Position numbers and translations under genes: made by a program. From Eledone cirrhosa (taxonomy: Eukaryota): a DNA stretch of 64,000 nucleotides. The notes under the pieces were generated by a model. The model made no database searches. It was given only the letters and a program-made list of their open reading frames with translations, and was not told the origin of the DNA. Where the stretch lies: assembly GCA_964016885.1 (NCBI GenBank), contig OZ024743.1:85126001-85190000 (forward strand), in the 5' to 3' direction. Positions 39,162 through 54,638 of this stretch are shown here, one piece after another. Position 1 is the first letter of the stretch; each line of letters opens with the position of its first letter.

Positions 39162-39527
39162 TATATATATAAATCAGGATGGATTCAGTTTGAAACTGAA
39201 TATAATATAATATATAATATACTATACATATTTATATATATGTGAAACATATGTAATATGTTATTAAATATGTTATGATGCAACACTGACTTTTTGTTCC
39301 TTTATTCTTATATTATATATATATATTGTTGTACTTTGGGAGGGTCATGCTGCCAATAAAAACACATGCACCTTATATATATATATATATATATATATAC
39401 AATATGTTGAAAAGGTAACACACGAGAGAGAGATGGTGCACCATCAATAAAACAGGGAAAATGGTTTTCCCTGTTTCTCACATTATTGACAGGGAATAAC
39501 GAGAGTCTATGGCTCCGTTAATTTATT

Positions 39528-39617
<90 letters not shown>

Positions 39618-40036
39618 TGATCAATGGAAACAAATTTAGGACAAGGTTTAGCAAATAATCAAATTTAGTAATTAATTAACCTTTATGATCATAAAACTAT
39701 AGATTAATTAATTGATTAATTAGTTAATTATTAAACCTTACCTTATTTGTTTTCATTGTTCATATATTTGACTTAATGACATATAATAAGATACCTCTTT
39801 TCCACAAAAACAAATTTAGCATTGCTTTGAGGGGATATTCTTATCTACACTACATTGTGTTATAAGTCCTACCTTAATTGAATAAAGTATTAATGAGTAT
39901 ATCTATATATCTATATATATATATATATATATATATTTTTTAGGGTGTTAGCTCTAACACAGCTATGTATATGAAGCATGTGTATTTGTATATCTTGCGA
40001 TATATGGTATGTTTATGAATAACAACTCTTATTATA

Positions 40037-42059
<2,023 letters not shown>

Positions 42060-42091
42060 GTGTATATATATATATACATATATATATATAC

Positions 42092-42121
<30 letters not shown>

Positions 42122-42123
<2 letters not shown>

Positions 42124-42345
42124 TTTTTCTGAACTTTATGTTTTTAATCAAATTCAGTAGGGCGCTCTCAAAATTTTCCAGTTGAATATTATGAGGAGGA
42201 TTTTTGTATGTTTTGAATCCATAGCGGTACTTCATTTCATTTGTATTAGTTTTGTTGTCAAAATGGTAGGCCCTCCATCTCATTCTCCTAATAAATTGGT
42301 TAGTTTTTTGTATGAGTAAGAGTAGATAGCCAGCTTTAGGATGAA
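42122..42345 (-). mobile_element. N-terminal ORF fragment of a PLE
   Basis: [31 protein letters not shown] resembles the N-terminus of the WxNPP-type PLE ORF. Confidence 0.65.
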
Positions 42346-42384
42346 TATCTACTCTTACTCATACAATAAATATATATATATATT

Positions 42385-42455
<71 letters not shown>

Positions 42456-42461
<6 letters not shown>

Positions 42462-43393
42462 TTAGTTAAGCAAAACAAGACCACAAATTTCACAAGGAAG
42501 ACATTATTAAAAGATTGTCAACATATTTTAGTTTGATGTAAGGAATGTAGAGAATAATAATAATAATGTTAATAATAATAATGTCCGTTTACAATTGTTT
42601 CGCTACTCCATATAATATTTCTGGATCAGATGACTATATATCATTATTGATCTGGTTCAGTTGAAAATAATTAACATATTTAAAAACAGAGCGGCTATAA
42701 ACTACCCACAATTTATAATCTCTCAAGGAGTTACCTCCCCTGAAACCACCCTCTAATTAGTAAGGTAAATATGTCCTTTGGCGGCCATCTTGTTACCCAT
42801 AGGCAGATCTCACACAATGCAGCCTCGACAGATGAATACTGCTCGATTATGGCTGAAAATTGATACAACCAGGACACAATAGTGAAATACCAATATATGG
42901 AACATTACATTATGTAACATTCTCTCCTTATTTTAATTTATATTCCTTTGAAGTTCCGATGAGCTGCTCTGTTTTTAAATATGTTAATTATTTTCAACTG
43001 AACGAGATCAATAATGATATATAGTCATCTGATCCAGAAATATTATATGGAGTAGCGAAACAATTGTAAACGGACATTATTATTATTAACATTATTATTA
43101 TTATTCTCTACATTCCTTACATCAAACTAAAATATGTTGACAATCTTTTAATAATGTCTTCCTTGCGAAATTTGTGGTCTTGTTTTGCTTAACTAATGAA
43201 TATTTCCAGCTCTGCGCGCCTAACTTCTGCATGAACCCAGCCACCTAGCTGCTTTCCACTGCATATTGCACATTGAGCACATGCCTTTACGCTTTGGCTT
43301 CTAACTAATTCACCAATCTCTCCTCTCCTATCTCCTCTCCTATCTCCTCTCTTATCTCCATCTCTCTCTTTAAGATTGATTACTCTTGAACTG
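42456..43393 (+). mobile_element. Non-coding inverted-repeat element with HHR
   Basis: 42456-42692 versus 42966-43203; flanked by (TA)n. Confidence 0.8.
42953..43071 (+). ncRNA. Type I HHR variant (U4C) with a ~75-nt insertion in stem II
   Basis: GTT-CCGATGA-GCTGCTCTG..TGGAGTAGC-GAAAC-AATT-GTA-AAC. Confidence 0.7.
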
Positions 43394-43395
43394 TG

Positions 43396-43427
<32 letters not shown>

Positions 43428-43435
43428 CATACACA

Positions 43436-43750
43436 CACATGGCTTAGTGGTTAGAGCATTGGCATTGCAATCGAAAGGTTGTGAGTTCAACTCTCAGACT
43501 GGGTGATGTGTTGTTTCCTTGAGCAAGACACTTTATTTCACATTGCTCCAGTTTACTCATCTGTAGAAATGAGATGATAGGGACTGGGGTCCATATCATG
43601 CCACGGCAAAAAAGCACCCAGCACTCACTGTAAATGAGGTTGGTGTTAGGAAGGGCATCCAGCTGTAGAAATCAAGCCAGAATCAGTTCCCGCCCCACCC
43701 TGGCAAGCAGGGAAAAACGGACGTAAAATGATGATGATGATGATGATGAT
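43436..43750 (+). mobile_element. CORE SINE with RTE tail
   Basis: Matches 38527-38873. Confidence 0.85.
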
Positions 43751-43755
43751 ATATG

Positions 43756-43801
<46 letters not shown>

Positions 43802-43804
<3 letters not shown>

Positions 43805-45155
43805 AGGAAATTGTAGTTTACTTGAAGCATAAACGTTTGGAGTTAGAAGGCCAAAACAATGCAGGTATGGATATAGAATATAAATACAAATGCAAAAGAT
43901 ATTGCTGGCAATTAGTCTTTTACCTTAAATTTATTTGAATATCCTTAATTTTCGAGATAATATCTCTTCTTCGGGGGGAAGTAAAGGGGTTAATCCAATG
44001 TTCTAATTACCTTGCCAAGTCATGCTGACAGGAAATGGTATAGAAGTTCCATTCTATTTCTAATGTCAAAGAGTGAAGGTTAGGTGGCTAAAGAGTTGTC
44101 TCCCTTTAAAAAGGGTTTGGACATGTATGTTTAAGTGTGTGGGAGAATACGTGAAGGTGTAAGCATGTGTGTGTGTGTGTGTGAGAAGATCTGTTTATAT
44201 GTAAATGTGGGGGCTAGATGCTCTATCATGTTGAAACTGGTCTTTGTGTGTGTATGTGTGTGAGAGAGAATAAGTGGAGGTGTAAGCATGCGTGTGTGTA
44301 TGTGTGTGCATGTGTGTGTGTGTGAGAGAGAGAGAGGGTACATGGAGGTGTAAGTGTGGGGCTAGCTGCTCTATCATGTTAAAAATTGGGTGTTGAGTTC
44401 TAGTCTGTTACTGATTGGTGGTTGCGTTTTGTCTATAATCAGTGCTTCTTTAATTCTAAGATTGCCAAGGTTTCATTCCTTAGTTTCTATCCTAACTATT
44501 ATGTTTTTGTCGGTGTTTTTGCATTTCACTAGGTGTTTCTTAAATGAGGAAGCATTAGTATTGAGGTGTTCTTTTATTCTTATGTCAAGTGGTCTGGTGG
44601 TGCTACCTATGTAGAAATTGCTGCATTTGTCGCACTCTAATCTGTATACAATGGAAGCCTGGTGGCATAGGTCTGTGTCGTTGATGGGGCAGTTGGCTAG
44701 CCTGCAGCGCCTGTCATGTCTGGTGGAGTGTCTTTTGGTTAGCTGTCCGCATAGAGAAGGTCCTGAGTGGGTTAGCTGGATATCTAGTCCCTCTCGGCTG
44801 ATAACTCTACGGATGGCTGTTGTTTCATCACTGAAGTGTGGGAGCTTCAGGAAGCAGGTGTTAGTGCCTCGGGTGTGGTGTCCTCTGTTGTTTCTGGCAT
44901 GGTTCGTGGTTGACGTCGGGTATCCGTTCAGTTTAAGTACTTCCAGGAAATGTGTGGTGTGTGTGTCTCGGTCTCTTGCGTGGGTGCATTTGTTGCGGAT
45001 ACGTGTTAGTTCGTTCCTTATGTATCTGAATTTAGTGATGACTGGGAGGGCCGATCTGAAATGTATGAACAGGTCCCTGCTGGCGGCTTTTTTATAGAAG
45101 CAGGTGTGGATGTCGCCTTCCTCTGTTACCCTGAGTTGGAAGTCCAATAGGGATC
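43802..45155 (-). mobile_element. PLE 3' fragment: RT thumb, GIY-YIG, 3' UTR with degraded HHR (43942-43978)
   Basis: ORF 44473-45177 has LNGYP, IVYRLECDKCSNFYIGSTTR..RIKEH; frame continues past TGA as NLRIKEALII; CCGAAGA-A-GAGAT att ATCTC-GAAA. Confidence 0.88.
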
Positions 45156-45484
45156 CGCAGTCACAATACATCATCATCTTATGCTATAAACTGCTATCTT
45201 GGTGAACTCTGTTGATACATACACAATACACAAATACAAATATTATCACTCTCGTCAATATCATTTAAATGCTATCTTCAAGTGTAAAACTAATAATATA
45301 TTTCTTCATTGTACTGTGTCATTTACTTTGTTATTTGTTTGCCTTTTGCATATACTCACACACACGCACACACACACACGCGCGCGCGCGCACACACACG
45401 CACACACACATACACACACACACATACACATATATATAAGAAAATGAAGGTTTTTTAAAAAAGATATCCGACACAGGTGAAAGT

Positions 45485-45770
45485 ATAAGAAAAAGAAATT
45501 GAAAATGCAACTGGAGTCTTTTAAGAATATTCATTTATTTACTTTACCGGTTTCACAGTTCTTATGATTTTCAAAAGTAAAATTGAAATGGAGGGTTTGT
45601 CTTTCTGCTGTGCTTTGTCTCACATCAGTTGCGAGACAAACCACATCAGAAACACAAACCCTCCGTCTCAATTTTACTTTTGAAAATCATAAGAACTGTG
45701 AAACTGGTAAAGTAAATAAATAAATATTTTTAAAAGACTATAGTTGCATTTTCAATTTCTTTTCCTTATA
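45485..45770. repeat. Palindrome (~137-bp arms) carrying two variant HHRs (45538-45581 on -, 45673-45716 on +)
   Basis: TTTACTT-TTGAAAA-TCA taagaac TGT-GAAA-CCGG-TA-AAGTAAA (CTGG in the + copy). Confidence 0.8.
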
Positions 45771-46904
45771 TATATATACAGACACAAAGAATACAAAAAA
45801 ACTCATAAATAATAGGACACGTTTTAATGACTGGATTTAGTCATCTCACCAGCTTTTAATTATGAAGAAAATGGCTGCTTCCTGTTGAGAACAAAAGAGT
45901 TCTAGTAAGTAACGAGAAGAGAACTTTAGAGATATGAGGTACCTTAATAACATTATAATTAACTTAATAATAATAATATTATAAATGAAAATTAGTAGCA
46001 AGAGGGAGGTTTAATAACTTAGTATAAAAAGATTGTTTTTGTCTAGTATATAATGGGTAAATAAGAAGTGAAGGTAAGTTAATATATGCGTATAATTGAG
46101 AAAGGGAGGTAGCTTAATGTTAACACAATTAAAAGTTAGTAGAAGGTATCATAAGAAGTGAAGGGACCTACTATTGTGTTCTCTCTCATATCCGGTCTGA
46201 ATCTACCTGTGTGATGTTCACCTGCTTCGCTTCTGGGCAGAGAGCATAGCAAAACTCACACACTCACTCGCATAATTCATACAAAGCTTCCACACTTGAT
46301 CATGGCTCAGAAACCAAGAGGGAGATACTACCCGCACTTCCTCCAACGTAATGTCACTGGCCCTTCGCTTCTGGCAAGACTCCCCCTGCACTTGTGGCTT
46401 CCTAGACCCACAGAAGGTTTAAAAGAGGAGATTTAAAACAACATCAATATCAAAAGAGTGTCTTATCCAGTAATCAATAGGTAGTTTCAATCTGGTCTAG
46501 ATCAGTTTTTTAGAAGGAATTTAGATTCATGTGGACAGCAAGTGAAAACTTTGAGGTGAACATTAAGGTATTTCTCATTAGAGGCTAAAGTCTTTAAAAT
46601 ATTCCATTTTTCATCTGTGCAGCGGTAACATTGGTGCGACCTATGAAAAGTCAACAAGGAAAAACAACACAAGAGAATAATACAATACAATGTTGATCTG
46701 TATTTGTTTAAAGCTTGATACAGTATAAAAAGAGTCTTAACATTTCAGAAAAAATAAAGAAATAGATATGAAACGGAAATTTTTTTTTTCCTCGGGTGGA
46801 AAACACGTGTAGTAAGTCAGTCACACATACATACAGACATATACACACACATATATATATATACACAACATATATAAATAACATATATATACATATATAT
46901 ATAC

Positions 46905-49075
46905 CATCATCATCATCATCATCATTTTACGTCCGCTTTTCCCTGCTTGCAAGGGTGAGACGGGTCTTATTCAGCACAGCATCTCTCCACTTGTCACGGT
47001 CCTTCGTCATCTCCACCGTGAGCTTCAGTGATCTGAGGTCTGTTCTCACCACCCCCGCCCATGTTTTTCGTGGTCTACCTCTACCACGTCTTCCTTCAAC
47101 TGGCATTTCCTGGCACTTCTTCACCCATCGGTCATCCTCCATGCGCATAACATGTCCATACCACATCAGTCCCCTCTCTCACACACTACATTCTATCCCT
47201 CTCAGACACAGTTTCTCTCTCAACACATTCATGCTGGGTCGTTCACGCACATTGACATTTCACATCCAATGGAGTATGCTTGCCTCATTTCTCTCCAGCC
47301 ATCGCATATCCTCTGCAGTTGCTGCCCATGTCTCACTACCATGCAGCATCGCAGTCCTCACACAGGCATCATATACCTGGCCTTTCGTATGCATGAGAAA
47401 CCCTTCTTCGTCAGCAGAGGAAGCAGCTCCCTAAACTTCTTCTAACTCGTCCTTATTCTAGATACTATGGCCTCAGAACACCCTCCTCCCATGCTAATCT
47501 GATCTCCTAGGTACCGGAAGCTATCCACCACTTCTATAGCACCTTCCTGCATTTGAAAAATGTGTCTATCAATACAACTTCTACTGTCTAATTTTCCTGT
47601 ACATCTACTGCATACATATTTCTCCTTACCTGTTAGTTTGCCTGCTATCCCACTACATCTCTTGTGTACCCAGGATCTGCATTGTGTGCATTTTATAGAA
47701 TTTATGCCAGTTCCTTTTCTGCATATTGAACATGGCCATTTCCCTGACGGAATCAGAGTTTTGTCCTCTTTTCTACTCATCAACACTTTTGTCTTAGCTA
47801 GGGTCACTCTCAGTCCTCTTGCTTCCAACTGCTGTTTCCATAGCCAGAATTTATTGTCTAGCTCCTCTACTGATTCTGCTATAAGAACCAGATCGTCAGC
47901 ATAGAGAATTTCCCATGGACAGCCTGTCTTAAACTCCTCTGTTATGGCTTGGAGGACTATAATGAACAAGAGCGGGCTGAGGACCAAACCTTGATGTACT
48001 CCTACTTGTATCTGGAATTCCTCACTAAACTCCATTCCTACCCTGACTTTACTGAGAGTATCTCTGTACAAAGTTTGCACTGTCCTCACAAGCCATTCCT
48101 CAACACCTAGCTTCCTTAGGGACCACCAGATGACAGATCGGAGTACCCTATCAAAGGCCTTCTCTGGGTCAACAAAGGCTAAGTATAGTGGCTTATTCTT
48201 CTCTAAGAACCTCTCTTGTAATTGTCTCACCAAGAAGAGGGCATCTGTTGTACTTTTCCCAGGCACAAAACCAAACTGCATCTCATCTAGTTTGACCCTT
48301 TCTCTAATCAGTTGCGCTAATATCCTTTCTGCCACTTTCATAACCTGATCCATCAGTTTTATACCCCTATAATTGCTCCTCTCCAGAACATCCCCTTTAC
48401 TTTTGTAGCAATTTATGAGAATACTGCTGCACCAGTCTTTGGGTATGACACCACCATATATAGCCTGATTGATGATGCGTGCAACCAGTTTAGTGCCTAC
48501 GTCCCCTGATGTCTTCAGCATTTCAGCAACTATTCCCGATGGTCCAGCAGCCTTACCATTTTTCATTTCCTTAATTGCCTCTTGGACCCTATATTCGTCA
48601 ATCTCAATAGCTGGTCCCTCTGTCGGATCTACCAAGGGTAATTTCTCTCTCTCCCATTTGTTCTCCACATTCATCAGTCTCTCATAATGACATTTCCGGG
48701 CCTCCTTTTTCTGATCATACGTGACACTAAGTATACCGGCATCATCCCGGACACATTTATCTCCAACAACATCCTGATTTGCATTGACACACTGCCCTGC
48801 AATGTGGAACACCGCACGTCTCTGATCTTCCCGTCGCAGAACATTGGCAAACCTCCTACTCTCAGCCTTCCTGCGTGCTAAGTACACCTGAATGTCTAGC
48901 TTCTCTCTTAGCAGCTGAATATCCTTCCCTACTCCCACTCTTTTTCCAAGCCTTCCATGCTAGTCTTTTGTCTCTAATGGCCCTATCTACCGTGCTGTTC
49001 CACCACCAGGTCACTCTCTGTATGGTTGGAGCTCTGCTCCAGCCACAAGTTTCATCAGTAGCCTGCAGCAAGTTG

Positions 49076-49079
<4 letters not shown>
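46905..49079 (-). mobile_element. 5'-truncated RTE LINE, decayed
   Basis: ORFs 47442-48938 and 46927-47166; same subfamily as 40457-41962. Confidence 0.95.
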
Positions 49080-49128
<49 letters not shown>

Positions 49129-49519
49129 AACACACATATATACACACCCATTCCACATTATACAAGTCTTCTCATAATGAATTTTCAAAGATAAGATTTG
49201 ATTGTTCTATACTTTATTAGTACTTAATTAAGAGAAGTATTCAGTACTTTACTGGAACTTAATTTAAAGAAGTTACTGTAAAACGCACCCAATACACTCT
49301 GTAAAGTGGTAGTCTTGGTGCTACAATAAAAAGCACCCAGTACATTCTGAAAGTCATAACATTGGAGCTCTGAAAAAACATATCCAGTACACTCTGTAAA
49401 GTGGTAGTGCTGGTGCCATGATAAAAAACACCCAGTCTACTCAGTAAAGTGATAATGCTGGTGCTATGACAAAATGCACAAGTCCAACACTGTAAGGTGG
49501 TTGGTGTTAATGTCGATAG

Positions 49520-50277
49520 CAATGGTGGTGTTAATGCTATTGTTGGTGGTTGTGGTGGTGAAGGGCAGGGATGATGGTGGTGGTGTCAATGGTGGAAGGC
49601 AGTGATGTTCGTAGTGGTGGTAGTGGTTGTGTTGATGGTGTTGGTGGTTGAGGCAATGGTATTGATGATATTGGTAGTGGTGGTGGTGGTGCAGTTGATG
49701 ATCTTGATGGTGAGCAAAGATGGTGGCAGTGGCATTGATAATGTTGATGGTGGTGGCAGTGATGTTGATGGTGGTGGTTGAGGGATGTGATGGGGGTGAT
49801 GGTATTGGTGATGTTGGTGATGGTAGTGGTGGTGGTGGTGGTGGTGTTGATGATATTGATGTTGATAGTGATGTTGATGATTGCGATGATGATGGTGATG
49901 CTGGTGATAGTGGTAGCTTTGGTAGTAGTGCTGGTGGTGGGATGGTGGTGTTTGTAGTGGCGCAGGTGGTTGTGAGCATTGGTGATGGTTGTGATGGTGA
50001 TGATGATTGTAGTGGTGGTGATGGTGGAGGTGGTGTTGAACAGTGCTGGTGACATTGATGATTGCAATGGTGATGTTGATGATAGTGGTAGTATTGGTAG
50101 TAGTGCTGGTGGTGTTTGCAGTAGTGCAGGTGGTAGTGGTGGTGGTATCTGAAACAAAAAAATAAGCCCCCCAAAAAACAAAAAATAACAGCAACAACAA
50201 AAACAGTAACAACAACAACAACAACAACAACTACTACTACTGCTGCTACTGCTACTACTACTACTACTACTACTACT

Positions 50278-50309
<32 letters not shown>

Positions 50310-51100
50310 AACAACAACAACTACAACAACTTTGTTCTGACCTAAAAATAAATATAAAACTATAAACCATAAATAAAGAACATGAACCTGTTATCTCCAG
50401 TTTACTGGCTGAGGAGGAGTAGTAGTAGTAGTAGTGGTGGTGGTGGTGGCGGTGGTGGTGGTGGTGGTGGTGGTGGTAGTGGTGGTGGTGGTGGTGGTGG
50501 TGGTGGTGGTGGTGGTGGCGGCGGTGGTAGTTGTGGTGGTGGTGGTGGTGGTGGTGGTAGTGGTGGTGGTAGTGATGGTGGTGGTGGTGGCGGTGGTGGT
50601 GGTGGTAGTGGTGGCGGTGGTGGTTGTGGTGGTGGTGGTGGTGGTGGTGGTAGTGGTGGTGGTAGTGATGGTGGTGGTGGTGGCGGTGGTGGTGGCGGCG
50701 GCGGTGGTGGTGGTGGTGGTGGCGGTGGCGGTGGTGGTAGTGGTGGTAGTGAGGTGGTGGTGGCAGTGGTGGTATTGGTGGTGGTGGTGGTTGTGTTGGT
50801 GGTGGTGGTGGTACTAGTTGTGGAGGTGGTGGTGGTGGTTCTGGTGGTGGTGGTGGTGATGGTTCTGGTGGTGTTGGGGGTGTTGGGGGTGTTGGTAGTG
50901 TTGGGCAGATGAGGGTGTAAACACGTCCGGGGGGGGGGGGGTGTTTTGATGGTGGTGGTGATTGTGGAAGTGGTGGCGTCGATTGTAGTGGTGGTGGTTG
51001 TGGTGTTGTTGTTGATGGTGGAGGTTGTTGTAGTTGTGGTGGTATTGATGGTGGTGTTGAGTTGGGAAGGTGGTGGTGTTGAGTTGGGAAGGTAGTGGTG
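49520..51100. repeat. Compound trinucleotide low-complexity tract, (GGT)n/(GAT)n/(ACA)n/(CTA)n/(CGA)n
   Basis: Directly visible; a smaller similar tract lies at 36490-36710. Confidence 0.95.
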
Positions 51101-51515
51101 TAAACATGTCCAGGCGGAGAGGGGGTAGGGGGAGGTAGTGGGGATGAGCTAGGGGTGAAAACCTGTCCCACACCACCTCTCTTTCATTCATAGTTGAGCA
51201 GTGACAGCAAAGTTAGCCATCTGGAAAAACAATTGTTTCAACAAAGAAGGCATCTTAAAAACACCCTAACAGAGGGAAGAGGAAAAATAGATGAAAAAAA
51301 AATGGTTTCTTTTTTTAAATATGCAATTTTTAGTATTTCCCTTTGATATTTTCTAACTTGTAAATTCGATTTTCTATTTTACAATTCTCTGTGTGTTAAT
51401 ATTATCGAAAGTATTATCAAATAAAAGATTTGCAGTGGAGTGATACACACACATACACACACACGCGTGCACATGCACATGCATGCACACACACACATAC
51501 ATATATATATGTATA

Positions 51516-53587
51516 TCATCATCATCATCATCGTTTAATGTCCATCTTCCACGCTAGCATGGGTTAGACGGGAGTTGTCCCACTTGAGGCAAGGTTGGTC
51601 GGGTGACCGTGTCTTGCTTATATAGGACTATCTGGCAGGTTTTTTACGGCTGGATGCCCTTCCTAACACCAACCACATTTACAGTGTGGAACTGGGAACT
51701 TTTTACCATGTTACCTACACGGCCACATTACAGTGTGGACTGTGTGTGTTTTTTGTCGTGACACCTACACGATCTCGATCTCATCATCTCGTGCTGTTGG
51801 TGGGAGTGGGAGGATAGGGTAGGGGTAGTAGATCGGGGTGTATATTTGGTTAAGAGGTGCCTACTGACTGTATGTTTCGCTTTGTACATAGGCAAGGCGG
51901 GTCTTCTGTATTACTGCATAGCGCCAATGATCTCGGTCCAATGACATTGTCTGTAAGAATATATCAGATCGGAATATATCAGATCATCCCAGGTTTTTCT
52001 GGGTCTACCTACTCCGTAACTACCATCAATTTTGATCGCCCTGCACTTTTTTATGCAGCTGTCGTCTTTCATGCGCATCACGTGACCATACCAACGTAGT
52101 CTTCTCTCAAGTAAACAGCATCTGATCCCTCCTATTCCTAATTTCTCACTTAGTTCATTTATGCTTTGCCGTTCATGTATATTACTATTACACATCCAAC
52201 GGAGCATGCAAACTTCGTTCCTTTCCAGTCTGCACATGTCCTCTGCACGCAATGCCCATGTCTCACTGCCATGTAGCATTGCTGTTCGTATACAAGCATC
52301 ATACAATCTGCCTTTCATTTTTAGAGAGAAACCTTTTGTGGACAACAGCGGTATAAGCTCTCTGAACTTTTTGACTCTGACTCTGGCTACTGTACTTTCA
52401 GAGCACCCTCCACCTCTGCTGAATTGGTCACCCAGATAACGGAAAGTGTCTACTATTTTTATAGAACCATCTGGGCAATGGAAGGAACTAGTATCCTGTG
52501 GGCACTTGCTACTTATTGCACCTGAGCATTGGCCACATATAAAGTCTACGTTCTTAGATAGTTTACCTGTGATCCCACTACATATTTTATGTACCCATAC
52601 TTTGCATTTGGGACATAAAATGGAATTTCTGCTTACTCCTTTCCTACACACTGAGCATGGCCATTTCCCTGAGGGCACCTGTGCCCTATTTTCCTTTCTA
52701 CAAACTAGAACTTTAGTCTTAGACAAGTTAACTTTAAGGCCTTTTGATTCTAGGCCATGCTTCCATGTTTCGAATTTCTTCTCTAGTTCAGCCATAGATT
52801 CAGCTATGAGCGTTAGATCATCTGCGTATAGAAGTTCCCATGGGCATCCGGTCTTGAACTCCTCTGTTATAGCGTGAAGGGCAATAATAAATAAGAGGGG
52901 GCTAAGGACAGAGCCTTGATGAGCGCCAACTTTTACACTAAATTCCTCACAATATTCATTGTTAATTCTAACCTTACTGACTGTTTCATTATACATAGCT
53001 TGTATAGCTCTCACATGCCATTCATCTACACCTAGTTTTCTAAGAGCCCCCCCAGATAATGGAGTGGGGAACTCTGTCAAAGGCTTTCTCCAGGTCTACA
53101 AAAGCTAAGTAGAGGGGTTTACTTTTAGCTAGGTACTTCTCTTGTAGTTGTCGTACAATGAAGAGAGCGTCTGTTGTACTTTTACCTGACACAAACCCGA
53201 ATTGCATTTCGTCTAGATCAATTCGCTCTCTGATTAGTTGCGCTATAACTCTTTCTGTGACCTTCATGACCTGGTCAACTAACTTAATGCCTCTATAGTT
53301 TCCCCTATCTAAAGCATCCCTTTACCCTTGTAGCAGTTAATGATGATGCTGCTTATGCCAGTCTTTTGGTATGACTCCATTCTGTATTACTTGGTTAACT
53401 ATACGGGTGACCATAGTGTGTCCCACCATACCAGATGCCTTCAACATCTCAGCAACTATCTCCGAAGGCCCAGCTGCCTTGCCTGTCTTCATATCTTTGA
53501 TTGCCTTACTTATTATACTACCTTTAACTTGCACCGCTGGTCCTTCTAGTGGATCGATGTGGGGGGAGACTGTCTTTTTCCCCATTA
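51516..53587 (-). mobile_element. 5'-truncated RTE LINE, subfamily of 2738-6378
   Basis: ORFs 53337-53597, 53040-53267 and 51911-53080; (GAT)n tail. Confidence 0.95.
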
Positions 53588-53643
53588 CTCTCCTCATACA
53601 TATATCATCATCAAGAACAGACGTAAAACGGTGATGATGAGGA

Positions 53644-53697
<54 letters not shown>

Positions 53698-54133
53698 GAG
53701 AGAGAGAGAACTGAGATGAGATTTTACTATTATTCAACTTTCTACTTTTTAGTACTCTATACTTAAGAAGAATAAAGTATATATCGCCATCATCATTATC
53801 GTCATCGTTTAACTTCTATCTTCCACACTAGCATGAGTTAGACAGGTTTGTCCTACTTGAGGCAAGATTGGTCGGGTGACCATGTCTTCTGGCTGGTTTT
53901 CTACAGCTGGATGCCCTTCCTAACTCCAACCACATTTATATATATATATATATTTATACATATATATTTATATATATATATATGTGTGTGTGTGTGTATG
54001 GAACTAGTTGTTGAAACAGCAAGATCTCAACCATTAGGCCCTAACTCTTTCTAATATAGTCTCCCTCTACTATCCCAAGTATCGAGTACTCAGTTTAAAA
54101 CTGGTTCAAAGCTGATATATATATATAAATATA

Positions 54134-54332
54134 TGAGGGTGGGTTGAATAGTTTATAGGCCTGACTATGAAGGAGTGTTACTAGAGCTGTGAAATCTGGC
54201 ATGAAATAATTTCAATTCTTCTTATTAATAACTAGATTGTTTCATTCCACAGACTATGTTGAAAAATAAACCTTATTTGGTCATTCCATGACAGTATTTT
54301 GGACAGCCTATGTATTTTTCAGTAAACCTTCA
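54134..54332. mobile_element. Mariner-like MITE
   Basis: Degenerate TIRs TGAGGGTGGGTTGAATAGTTTATAGGC / GCCTATGTATTTTTCAGTAAACCTTCA; TA at the left flank. Confidence 0.7.
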
Positions 54333-54593
54333 TGTGTATATATATCCTGGTAAAGTTGATAGAAGCTCTATGCTAATCAGTTTCTTTGATCCAGTAACCT
54401 AACAAGGCTGAGGAAGTTCTCAGCTGTTGTATATATAAAAGAGTATATATATAAATAGATAAATGTAATCTGAGTTTTTGAATATTAATAATAATATTCG
54501 ATTCGTTTGCAATTATGCAAACAACCTCTTTTATAAGCCATGTCAGTAGAATGAGCCCCTCATTCTCACTCTTGTATTGGCATCCAAACAGAT

Positions 54594-54638
54594 CTGCAGA
54601 CACTAATGTTTCTGGGGGATTACCCATCATCAGTGCAG
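54594..54638 (-). ncRNA. Canonical type I HHR with GUC cleavage triplet
   Basis: CTGCA-CTGATGA-TGGG taatcc CCCA-GAAAC-ATTAGT-GTC-TGCAG; the downstream segment 54460-54583 recurs at 26655-26779. Confidence 0.9.

Noticed and set aside
44473-44475. In-frame TGA in the PLE GIY-YIG as possible selenocysteine
   Set aside because: The position is not an obvious conserved Cys, CGA>TGA decay is simpler, and I found no SECIS-like hairpin downstream
49464-51191. Pro/His/Thr/Gly-rich ORFs resembling extensins or cuticle proteins
   Set aside because: Open in several frames on both strands because of trinucleotide repeats; no domain or splice support
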